A stretch of 64,000 nucleotides of DNA from Octopus bimaculoides. Lineage: Eukaryota. Below the pieces are notes generated by a model. The model saw only the letters and a list, made by a program, of their open reading frames with translations. It was not told the DNA's origin and did not search any database. Shown here in pieces: positions 13,608 through 24,972 of the stretch; positions within the stretch are counted from its first letter, which is position 1; each line of letters begins with the position of its first letter. The position numbers and the translations under genes were made by a program. The stretch covers positions 146,322,884-146,386,883 of the forward strand of contig NC_068983.1 in the NCBI RefSeq assembly GCF_001194135.2. The letters run 5' to 3'.

Positions 13608-14583
13608 NNNNNNNNNNNNNNNNNNNNNNNNNNNNNNNNNNNNNNNNNNNNNNNNNNNNNNNNNNNNNNNNNNNNNNNNNNNNNNNNNNNNNNNNNNNNN
13701 NNNNNNNNNNNNNNNNNNNNNNNNNNNNNNNNNNNNNNNNNNNNNNNNNNNNNNNNNNNNNNNNNNNNNNNNNNNNNNNNNNNNNNNNNNNNNNNNNNNN
13801 NNNNNNNNNNNNNNNNNNNNNNNNNNNNNNNNNNNNNNNNNNNNNNNNNNNNNNNNNNNNNNNNNNNNNNNNNNNNNNNNNNNNNNNNNNNNNNNNNNNN
13901 NNNNNNNNNNNNNNNNNNNNNNNNNNNNNNNNNNNNNNNNNNNNNNNNNNNNNNNNNNNNNNNNNNNNNNNNNNNNNNNNNNNNNNNNNNNNNNNNNNNN
14001 NNNNNNNNNNNNNNNNNNNNNNNNNNNNNNNNNNNNNNNNNNNNNNNNNNNNNNNNNNNNNNNNNNNNNNNNNNNNNNNNNNNNNNNNNNNNNNNNNNNN
14101 NNNNNNNNNNNNNNNNNNNNNNNNNNNNNNNNNNNNNNNNNNNNNNNNNNNNNNNNNNNNNNNNNNNNNNNNNNNNNNNNNNNNNNNNNNNNNNNNNNNN
14201 NNNNNNNNNNNNNNNNNNNNNNNNNNNNNNNNNNNNNNNNNNNNNNNNNNNNNNNNNNNNNNNNNNNNNNNNNNNNNNNNNNNNNNNNNNNNNNNNNNNN
14301 NNNNNNNNNNNNNNNNNNNNNNNNNNNNNNNNNNNNNNNNNNNNNNNNNNNNNNNNNNNNNNNNNNNNNNNNNNNNNNNNNNNNNNNNNNNNNNNNNNNN
14401 NNNNNNNNNNNNNNNNNNNNNNNNNNNNNNNNNNNNNNNNNNNNNNNNNNNNNNNNNNNNNNNNNNNNNNNNNNNNNNNNNNNNNNNNNNNNNNNNNNNN
14501 NNNNNNNNNNNNNNNNNNNNNNNNNNNNNNNNNNNNNNNNNNNNNNNNNNNNNNNNNNNNNNNNNNNNNNNNNNNNNNNNNNN
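13608..14583. other. Assembly gap (N run)
   Basis: Continuous N, flanked by (TA)n on both sides. Confidence 1.
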
Positions 14584-16155
14584 ATATATATATATACACA
14601 TACACACACACTAGCAGTAATACCCATTGTTGATCAATTACATTTACTGTTTTTTGGGAGCTACATTCAAAGTATTATCATATAATTTAATCCGCCTGTA
14701 TGTGTGTATCTTTATATGTAATAATTAAAGCAGAAAAAAGATCAATTTCATACATGAATTTTTGTTTGTTTATTATATGATAATAATAAGTGAGTTGTAG
14801 GTGTTATTTTTCTTTATCAATACACTAATGGCAATTATATAATATAGTTCATTTAAATAGGTAATGTAATGACAGTAATAGTAAATTAAGTATTGAAGTA
14901 TTCATGTGGCATTAAGAGTGAATATTTCTTTATAAACAATGTTTTTTGTTTTATTTCAGAAAGCATATGCAGAAAGATTTGCTTTTGCTTCCACACATGA
15001 TGCTCCTACATAAAGTTGGCCATGTGAAAAGCATGGTTGTTCAAGTTGCAATTCAACAACTTTTATTGTTGCTCTGACTTTTATTAATGCTGATGGCACA
15101 AGAAACATGGGTAGGAAACTGTAATCGCTTAAATTGGAATGGGACATTAGATGGTATAACTGGTATGCAAGGAATGAAGACAGTCTTACTTTTACCACAA
15201 CCAGTGAGAATATTTGTCTCGATGCAGTTTCTCATGAATTTGTGCACAATTAATCTTGTACTATTGCATAATTTTGGTTGAGACTAATTATGTAATAGCA
15301 TAATAGGAGTCCATTTTTTCAGCTGAAGACCATGAGGAGCTGTTGCACATCTCATTTTGTATACCAAATATTAAAGTGGAGCCTAATTTAGTTTGGTACT
15401 AATGTCTTATTGTCATTAATTTCTAGGTCATAAAAAGTGAATAGGAAGAGTAAATACTCCGTAACTCAGTTCACTGAACAGTTATTCATACTAATGTATT
15501 AAAAGTTTCTCAAGTGAAGCAATATATGAAGCACATTTTTCTAATTGCTTCAGTATATTAACACTTAATTTTATGCTCATCTATTTATGATTACCATGCA
15601 CAAAAGATATATCCGAATTTTAAGAGTTGTAGTAGTGGCCTGGTTTAGTAGTTTAGAAGCATGTCCATTTAGGAACAACATTATCAATTTCACAATTTAA
15701 AAAAGGAAAAGACATCCAAAGGCATCAAAACTATTGAGTTCCAAAAAAGTGAAAATCTCCTATACAACAAATTGCTGGAGTTGAACAATAGAAAACTAAA
15801 AATTTGTTTTCATTAGTCTTTAAATGGTGGGAATGGGTTACATAGGGGGGAAAAAAAAAAAAAAAAAATGCTTTTCCTAAGGTAGTTTTTATGCATATAT
15901 TCAGTTTAAATAAATTCAAAATCTATAATAATAAGTTTGTCTCTTGCACAATAAAATGTGCCATAAAATATACACTTTCCTTTGATGATGGCCATATCAA
16001 TGTAAAATTTTTGAAGTATCAATTGATAAATGTACACTGTTCTCTAATTAAACATCAATTGACGATGCCTGGTGTTTCAGAGTTAATGGCTAAGGTCATT
16101 AACATCTGATCATGGATATTCTCAAAAGTCAACAGTTTTACGTTATTTCTAATAG

Positions 16156-16460
16156 GTCCAGGCATGGCTATGTAGTAAGAAGTTCACATGGTTTCAGGAT
16201 CAGTCCCTAGCACCTTGGGCTAGTGTCTTCTACTATAGCCCCAGATTGACCAAAGACTTGCGAACAGATTCAGTAGGAAGAAACTGAAAGAAGCCTATCA
16301 TGTATGTGTGTGTTTTTGTCACCTTGTCTTAACCTCACACAATAGTTGTGAATGAATGCCAATATGATTTCCAATATTCTGTGAAAACATGTCCAGGTAT
16401 AGTGAAAAATTACTATGCTTGGAAACAGGTTAGGGTTGGTGATAGGAAGGGCATCTATAT
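16156..16460 (+). mobile_element. tRNA-derived SINE, decayed
   Basis: Head GGCATGGCTATGTAGTAAGAAG..., body CACCTTGGGC...TCTTCTACTATAGCC shared with the copies at 33905 and 34652. Confidence 0.65.
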
Positions 16461-16844
16461 TTTCAGTCTAGAATCCCACCCCAAATAGTATCAATAATAG
16501 AATACAAAATGCCATCATTGTGTTTTAAAAAAAACATCACTTCCTCACTTTTATTTAAGTCAGTTGTGTCTAAGAAAAGTAGTGCTGTTAAATACTGAAG
16601 GAAGAATTAAATTTAATTCTCTTTCTACTACTGAACTCGTGTTTGGCAAACAACCAACCATATCTAGAAATGAACTTAAGCTCTAATGTGTCATACAGAA
16701 GGAAGTCAACAGAAGTTTTTTTTTTTAAATACAAATTTAAAAGAAAAAAAAAAGATTAATTGTAAAAGTTGAGGAAAATATCAAATTTATCATTTTAATT
16801 GACAAACGGTGGTGCATCAGCATGGCCGCAGCTCTAAGCTGAAA

Positions 16845-16882
<38 letters not shown>

Positions 16883-17404
16883 GTTGAAGGAAGTTTTATT
16901 TTCTTTATACAAGTTAGAGAGTAAGGAAGGGCTAGAGTCCATGATCACTGTAAGCCTCCCAAGTCTGATATGATTGATGCAGTTGATATTTAGTTTGAAA
17001 TGGGCTCTGTAAAAGGAGCATAGCTTTTGGAATGCAGTTTCAGCAACATTATATGTGATGTAACAATGTAGGATGATCAGTGATTATGAAGCTGAGCATT
17101 TATATAACCTTTGAAGGTTTTAATTGTGCATTGTTCATGTGTGGGTCAGATGTAGTGCATCATTTTCCCCTTGATAGTTGTAGTTTTGTATCCTGATGCT
17201 GTTGAAGATTAGACTGTTGTGCAGCCATTGAAAAAATGTTTACAAGGTGTATGAAGTGCCTAGGTTTTTGAGGAAAACTAAAACAGAAGGAAATTAGTAA
17301 GATTGTTTGTTGCTAAGAGTAACAATAAACAAGCTATTGATATACAATGTACAGAAATATGAAAGGAGACATAAACTAACTTTGGTTAAGTCTCTCAAAG
17401 TTAA

Positions 17405-17508
17405 CCTTTAGCACACCGTAGGTGCATCATGTCAAAATATGAGTTTTCTCCCCTGTAGTAACAGGGCAGTGGCAGGGAAACAATTCTAGAAAAGATGTGT
17501 GCTAAAGG
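17405..17508. mobile_element. piggyBac-type MITE (104 bp)
   Basis: TTAA|CCTTTAGCACAC...GTGTGCTAAAGG|TTAA: a perfect 12-bp TIR with TTAA duplications at 17401-17404 and 17509-17512. Confidence 0.85.
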
Positions 17509-17880
17509 TTAATAAAATGTGAGTCTGTAAGAGCCTTGTCAGTGCTCACTGCAACAGGTCAATTTGGGGAAACTTCTGGAGATATAATCCATAACTGAGC
17601 AACTTTACAAGGAACTTCTCATGGTATACACATGATCAATAGCACTGACATCAAGAGCAACAACATTGTTTTTACAATAGAAATTTAGTATATATCATAA
17701 AACTGAAATGAAATTATGTTTACAAATATTGACTAGGATCAGTTCTTCCATGCCAAAATATATAATCACTGGAGAAACAGGGAGTTTAGGCAATCTAAAT
17801 GATTGGAAAACATCATAAAGTTTCTCTCTAGCTTCTGCATGACAAACATTTTTCAGAGATAAAGTAAACAGATTGGAAGA

Positions 17881-17881
17881 A

Positions 17882-17912
<31 letters not shown>
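17881..17912. repeat. (TAG)n microsatellite
   Basis: About 10 TAG units. Confidence 0.95.
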
Positions 17913-17913
<1 letters not shown>

Positions 17914-18915
17914 TAGTAATACTTCCTCCCACCCATCAACACACTATTGTGACTGGCACAACCAGCTGTCATTACTCCATCTGCCACAACCATTCAGTAT
18001 AGATTAAGCTCCTCCTTCCATCTCCAACCATTCACTTCAAAGAATTCATTAATAAACCCTCCAGCCTACCATAAAATCTTCCCCTATGGCTCCTCAAGCC
18101 ACAATGAAGGCAAGCTTTCTAAAAGACTAGTAACTCCAAATAAAGTGTAGAGGGGAACAGTTTAGTTCAGTCAAATAGTATTAGACGAAACTAAACTGGA
18201 CTTTCTAAGATTAGTGTCACAGTAAAATGCACTGAATCCTCATAGTAAAGTGGTTGGTAATAGGAAGATCATCCAATGAATAAAACTATGAAAAATTATG
18301 ACGTCAGAAACACCAAGTTAAGGAGTGGTCACAGGAGAATGTTTAAACATAACACCTAAACAGTCATAAATTGATACAAACTCTCTTTCAAATGCAGAAA
18401 ATGACAGAATAACAAAGAACTACCTGCAACCATAAAACTTTCTTTTCAAATACAAAACTTCATGGTCACCACCATCAATGTTGGTACAGTGAAAGGTAGA
18501 TCTCAAAAATTTGTAAAGATGTTAGAATAAAGGTGAGTAGTTATGTGTTACATACAAAAGTTAAGATGGAAAAGAGCCTCAGCTAGATTCCTTGTGACTA
18601 AGAATACAGGTACAAACTCTTTTGTAGGGTTACAGCACTAGGGTTGAACTGGAGAAGGCCTTTGAGAAGATACAACACAAGTTTGGTGAGTGCTAAGGAA
18701 ATTAGGATGTTGCTATTCTCTAACCCCAGGGCAACCCTACTTAAGTTGATTTATGATGAAAGCAGTGACCTTCCTATCATTGCAGGGGAACCCAGGATCA
18801 CATTAGCAAATATGTTCTTTTCAAGGAGGATAGAATGAGATTTGTGTAAAATTTAGTTGTTATTTCTAGCAGATCAAGCAACCACATAGTGTTCCTCTTG
18901 TTGGCCTAAAATCTA

Positions 18916-20159
18916 TACTATGTGATCAAAAGTATCCGGACACCCTGTGAAACAGGTGTTTATCACAGAGGATGACAAGAGTAGATCACAGAGGGCACCA
19001 CGGTTTACCATTTATCATGCAGAATACAAGGTCAATGATCTCAGAAGCTGGCTACAGCACTAGATAGCAGAATGGGATGCTCTGTAGAACTAACAGACTT
19101 TCAATGTAGTGCCACTTGTTGTGTGCCACTTGTTTAATAAGCCTGTACACAAGATTTCCACCCTCCTGAACATCCCTAGGTTCACTGTCTCTGATGTAAT
19201 AATGAAATGGAAACATGAAGGAACATGTACAACCCAAAAGCATTTGGACTGACCTCCTATGTTAAACCCTAGAGACTGTCGAGCATTGAAGAGGGTCATA
19301 CAGCCTAAGTATCTATCACCCCTCACCACCATCACACAGGAATTCTAAACTGTAGCAGGATCTATTCCAAGCACCATGACTGTTCAGTGAAAGGTGTGGA
19401 AACTTGGTTTCTATGGAAGAGTAGCTTCCCATAAGCCATGTATCACACAGACAAATAACCAACAACACCTCACATGGTGTATAGAGCATTGAAACTGGAC
19501 TATAGAACAGTGGGAAATTGTTGTGTGGAGTACATGGTACTCAATGAGTACATGGTACTCAATCATGGTACACAATATGACAATCTAATTATTGAGGGGG
19601 GGGGACTGTTCAACAAAATGCACCAGCTTATATAGTGCTGACTGTGAAATTCGGTAGTGGTGGGTTCATGGTGTGATTGTTTTTCTCCTGGAGGAGGCTT
19701 GGCCTCCTTGTGGCACTGTCACCACACAAGCTTACATTGACATTTTAACCACTTTCATGTTGCTGTCCGTCAAAGACCATTGTGTCTTTCAACACAACTA
19801 AACAACCATCCATACTGCAGGGGTTGTAGGGGAGTGGTTTGATGACAATGTCCCACTGCAACGAGTCCCGATTTAAATCTCGTCAAATGTCTCTGGGATG
19901 TTTTGGAATACTGACTTTGTGCTAGACGATACCAACCCACATCAATACCCTTGCTCATTTCAGCACTCCGCAAAGAATGGGCTGTCATTCCCCAGGAAAC
20001 CTTCCACCACCTGTGGAAAGTATGCCAGCAAGAGTGGAGGCTGCCACAAAGATTAAAGGTGGACCAACACCATATTGACTGCCTGTGTTATCATGGAGAG
20101 TGGTCCAAATTTGTACTTAATTATCAGATGGGTGTGCAGATACTTTTGATCACATAGTG
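18916..20159 (+). mobile_element. Tc1-family transposon, full-length, inactivated
   Basis: TA-flanked TIRs (T/C)ACTATGTGATCAAAAGTATCCGGACACCC / GGGTGTGCAGATACTTTTGATCACATAGTG. Transposase remnant PDLNLVKCLWDVLE (SPDLNPIEHLW motif). Confidence 0.92.
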
Positions 20160-20203
20160 TAGATGTTGATGAATGTCTTGTGAGAATTGTTCAAGCCAGA
20201 TAC

Positions 20204-23200
20204 TGTTATGGGGATAATAATGGTTTCAAATTTTGCCACAAGGGCAGTCATTTTGGGGGAAGGGATGTGGCGATTACATCAACCCCAGTGTTCAGCTGGT
20301 ACTTAATTTATCAACCCCAAAAGGATGAAAGACAAAGTTCACTTTGGCCGAATTTGAACTCAGAACGTAGCAGCAGACAAAATACTACCTGGCATGCTAA
20401 TGATTCTGCCAGCTTACCACTTAATGTTATGGGGATAATAAAAATGGAACACCCCTCCCACATGACGAGTGGTATGTGATAGTCATTACAAATACTGTTA
20501 TGTTGAAAAGTCGGAGTAGTCAGTCATAGATAGTCGTGTCTTGTCTAACTAACTATACTGCTATACCAGAGTGGACATTATAACAGTCCGACGTTGGATT
20601 ACAATAGTGGTGACAAGGAATTAACAAATTCATGAGAATTAAACAAACTCACAAAAGTTTTTATGTGAGTTTTACGGTATACAAAAGTGTAAAATTATGG
20701 AAGATTATTTGGCCGGTTTGCTCAAGTTTCAAAAACAGCAACAACAACAATTCAAGGAACAATAGCAGCAGCAGCAACAATTACTACTGCAAGAACAACA
20801 ACAATTACTATTACAACAGCAATCTGCAATTAATGAATAGAAAGTCATCCAAAAATGCTGAAAAGATGTTCTTGCCAGATTATGTTACAAACTCAATAAA
20901 GGAATTTAAGTATGAAACAGATGAAGGAGTTACCATCGTGACATACTATAAAAGATATGAACAGATCTTCAATAAAGAGTGCAAAGATTGAGATAAGGAT
21001 ATGAAAACATGTCTAATCCTAAGAAAACTGGCAGCAGGAGAACATGAGCATTACAGCATTTATGTACTCCCAAAAAAACCTTTTGATATAAACTTTAGAA
21101 ATACAATAGACATATTGTGTAAAATTCTTAGCGAGAAAAGTTCGTTGTTCAATACACACTGGAAATGTTTGAACCTAGAAAAGAACAATGAGGAGGACTA
21201 CATCACATATGCTGGCAGAGTTAACAGAGAATGCGAAAAGTTCAAACTGGATCAATTAATGCCAGATATGTTCAAGTGCCTGATATTTATCCAGGGACTA
21301 ACTGCAGAAAAAGATGCAGAAGTAAGAACAAGAATTCTTGCTGAGCTGGAACAAAACCATGCTGTAACCTTACAACAAGTGTCAAAAGTGTGAAAGAATA
21401 GTAAATTAAAGATACAACACAGAGAAAATTGAGCATAAAGATTGTTCCCAAGTGAAAAAAAGTGCAAAACAGGCAGAACAGAAATCAAGTGTGTATTAAA
21501 ATACAGTACAAACAGGACAAAAAAAAATCAGAAACAAACGCATGTTTTGCATGTGGAGGTCTACACCTGAGAACAAAACTGCCCATTTAAGAAAGTGGAA
21601 TATTTCCATTGTGGAAAAATTGGACACGTAAAAGCACACTGTAAAACCAAGATAACAAAACGTTGGAATGAATAAGAAAGAATAGACAAGATGTCATTGA
21701 AAGAAAAGGGTAATATGGCAAAGAAGAAATTTGTAAATGTGAAAATTGAAAATATAGGAGTAAAAATGCAGATAGACACTAGAAGTGATATTACCACTGT
21801 GAATGAAAACACTTGGAAGTATATCAGTAAGCCAAAATTAAGTAAATCTACAAAAGCAGCAAATGGTGTTATGGGTAAAAGATTGTATTTTGTAGGTGAA
21901 TTTGTGTGTAATGTGACATTTCATGACCAAATGAAAACGGCAAAAGTTTGTGTTAAAAAATTCAGGTAATCTAATTGTGAAATATGCCCGTAAGTGTTTT
22001 GTGTGGGAATATAGTCAGTTCAGTCGATGGTTCAAATGTGGCTGAGGGATTGAAATAAAAAATAAAACATTTCCAGATGTTTTCTTGGATGAGCTGAGCT
22101 GCTGCAAGAAAACGAAGGCAAAAATTGTAGTAAAACAAAGTGCAACACCTGTATTTAAGCCAAAATGTAATGTACCATTTGCAGAACTAGAACAGGAAAA
22201 TAAGGAACTTGAAAGACTAGGGATAATTGAGAAAACGGACCACTCAGATTAGGCAGCACCTATGGTCTATGTAAAAAAAGAAAACAATAAGTTAAGAGTT
22301 TGTGTAGATTTTCCAACAGGATTGAATGATTGCTTAATCTCACATAACTATCCATTGCTGAGTCCTGGAGAAGTGTTCGCAAAATTGAATGGAGGCATAT
22401 TTACAAATCCAAGTAGAAGATTTGAATGCTCACACTTATTAGCCATTAATATACACTGTTGTTTATTTAAATTTAAGCAGCTTCCCTTCAGTGTGAAAGT
22501 GGCCTCTTCCACATTTCAACAAGTAATGGACACAATGCTGGCAGTGATTTTGCTATTGCTTATTTTGACAATATCCTAATAAAAAGTGAATCACACGAAC
22601 AACATGTAGAACATGTAAAAAGGGTATTTGAGAAGATAAGAGAATATGGTTTTAAGTGAAGAAAAATACAAGTTCTTTCTGAAAAAAATTAAATACTCAG
22701 GCTAGATAACAGATAAAAATGGATGGAAACCGGATCCATCCAGAGCAACTGCAATAGAAAATATGTCCACACTGAATAATGTGACTATGCTATTACTACC
22801 AAATTTATATTCCCAATATACACAAATTCATGACATAAATGAAACGAATACTGTGGACAAGAATAGTAAATAGGAACAGGATTGGTGTGAAACAGAACTA
22901 AGACGTGAATCTATACTCAATTTGAGATGGCATACTGATGTGTGCACAGAGAGTAGTAATACCTGAAACACTACAAAAGAAAATGTTATGGGAATTCCAT
23001 GTTGGACATCTTGGTATTTCAAGGATCAAAGCTTTAATGTATAGCTACATGTACTGGCCAAAAATAGATAAAGAAATCTAAAATTTAGTGAAAGGCTGCA
23101 GAGGATGTGCTCTAGTGGCAAAATTATTGACAATAAAAAGTGAACCTTGACTAAAAGTAGATGTGCCATGGTTGAGACTACACATCGATTTCACTGGTCC

Positions 23201-24017
23201 CTTAAAAGGTTCATACTACTTAGTGGTAGTAGATAGTTTCTCTACAACAATTCTTAAGAGTATACCATGTGACACCAAATCTAAATATACCAGCAGGTAT
23301 GTTACCAGCAGGTATGTTACCAGCGGAAATGATGTTTGTGGGGAAAACAAAATCAGTCTTTGCCAAATTACTACCTGGTAAGAAAAACTGCAATGGATTA
23401 TACAGCAAAATATTTCAAAATTGGTGAAAATGTATTTGTTAGGGCATATAAGAATGGAAAACAAAGTTGGGAAGCTGGCATGATTACCAAACATATAGGA
23501 AAATGTTATACTGGGTAAAAGGAAGAAAAGCAGGTACACAAGAGACACATGAATCAACTAAAAAAAATGATTCTTTGAGAGCAAACCCAAGAGAATGGAA
23601 GAACCAATGGAATGGTTATATGATGCTTTTCAAGCATCAATGCCACTACAAATAATTGAACCCAGACATACAAGTGAAAGAAAAAGAAAATGTATGGAGT
23701 TCCTGGAAGTGGGTGCCAAACGAAAAATTAGATTATAACTGTATGAAAAAAGAAACCTCAAAAAAGGGAGGTGGGGGTGATGTAAAATTTATGGCTAATT
23801 AAAAGGAATAAAATTACACTCCCTAAGAAAAAAAAAAGAAAAACTTAAAAGGGAGATGTTATGAGGATAATGATAATGGATGAGTGATATGGTTAGTCAT
23901 TACAAATATTGTGATGTCAAGAAGTCGGCGGTAGTCAATCATAGTCACATCTAACTTGTCTAACTATACTGCTATACTGGAGTGGATGTTATAACAGTCC
24001 AACGTTGGATTACAACA
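20204..24017 (+). mobile_element. Gypsy/Ty3 (K02A2.6-like) LTR retrotransposon, internally deleted and decayed
   Basis: 5-bp TSD GATAC (20199-20203 and 24018-24022). 5' LTR 20204-20606 is interrupted by a SINE; 3' LTR 23857-24017 runs TG...CA. PBS-like TGGTGAC at 20608 and PPT AAAAGGGAGA. Remnants of gag (RKL...YVLPKKP...LIFIQGL), a zinc knuckle, protease (QIDTRSDIT), RT (VKKENNKLRVCVDF) and integrase (PWLRLHIDFTGP...VVVDSFS). Confidence 0.93.
20221..20424 (-). mobile_element. SINE inserted into the Gypsy 5' LTR
   Basis: Flanked by a 17-bp duplication TGTTATGGGGATAATAA (20204-20220 and 20425-20441). The body (GGCCGAATTTGAACTCAGAACGTA) is shared with the SINE at about 54125-54310. Confidence 0.85.
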
Positions 24018-24075
24018 GATACAAAGATGCAAGGTGAAAATTAGCAATGAGTTCAACAAGGAATTTAGCATACAA

Positions 24076-24972
24076 ACAGGGGTCCATCAGAATTTGGTTC
24101 TTAATCCTCACCTCAGTCAAATCTATCAGATATTTAATGTAAAAATTCCAGATATGGAAGTAAAAGCCTAGTAAAAGTTTTAGCAGAAAAGAAATCAGGA
24201 CTATTGACCTCTCGGAAGTGACCATGCTTGATATGCAGAAAAGATTTGGATGAGAAATCTATACAGTGCACCCAATGTAAACTATGGGGGTACAGAAAGT
24301 GTAGTGAAATCAAAGATACGCTAGCAAAGAATGACTTCTTTGTGGCAGATGAACAAGAGTAAGCAGTATAACCATCTATGAAATAAATTCTTTCAGCTTC
24401 CTAAAAGGCTTTATAGAAGTTTATAGCTTCTATTAGATAGATGACAAAATTAGCAGTGCAGAGGAATAACAGGGTCAAAAAGTTTAGGAAACTATTACCT
24501 CAAATAGCAACAAAGAGATTCTCTTTCCAAGTAAAAGGTAGAATGTTCAATACTTATATAAAGGCCAATGTTGCATGAAATACAGAGGATATGTGCCAGC
24601 TAGAAATGAGATGCTCTACTAGATATATAAATGTAGAGAATGTATGACAGTTGGAAAAGAATGAGATGAAGATGCTGGGTATAAGACGAATCACCTGTAG
24701 CATGCAGAAAAGAAAACTACCTTGATATGGATATTTGATGTCTACGGAAGATGACAGATACAGTTGATTAATGTGCCAAACAAAAGTTAGATACCTGCAG
24801 ATGATGAAGACCAAGGAAGACATTGTCATGAAAAGCAAAAGCTGATCTCAGGAGGTTGAATGTCAAAATGGAAATGAAAAAGGACCACAAGTGGAGAAAC
24901 ATTATACTACAGAAAAACCATCCAACCCATGCAAACATGGAAAAAAAAATGATATAAAAATTATGATGATGA
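24076..24972 (+). mobile_element. Decayed RTE LINE 3' portion
   Basis: Remnants of GVHQ, WPCLICRKDL..CTQCKLW and WHINVP-like segments, ending in the shared tail and GATGATGA. Confidence 0.7.

Noticed and set aside
13555-14685. Long ORFs of 200-370 aa in the ORF track (also 47357-48160 and 48892-49607)
   Set aside because: They are artefacts of N gaps translated as X.
15815-15845. NPF motif (NPFPPF) as an AGFG1 C-terminal exon
   Set aside because: No AG acceptor follows the upstream poly-T tract, and the frame closes at once.
23287-23327. 15-bp tandem repeat (TACCAGCAGGTATGT) in the Gypsy integrase region
   Set aside because: It is a local slippage duplication in a dead element with no sign of function.
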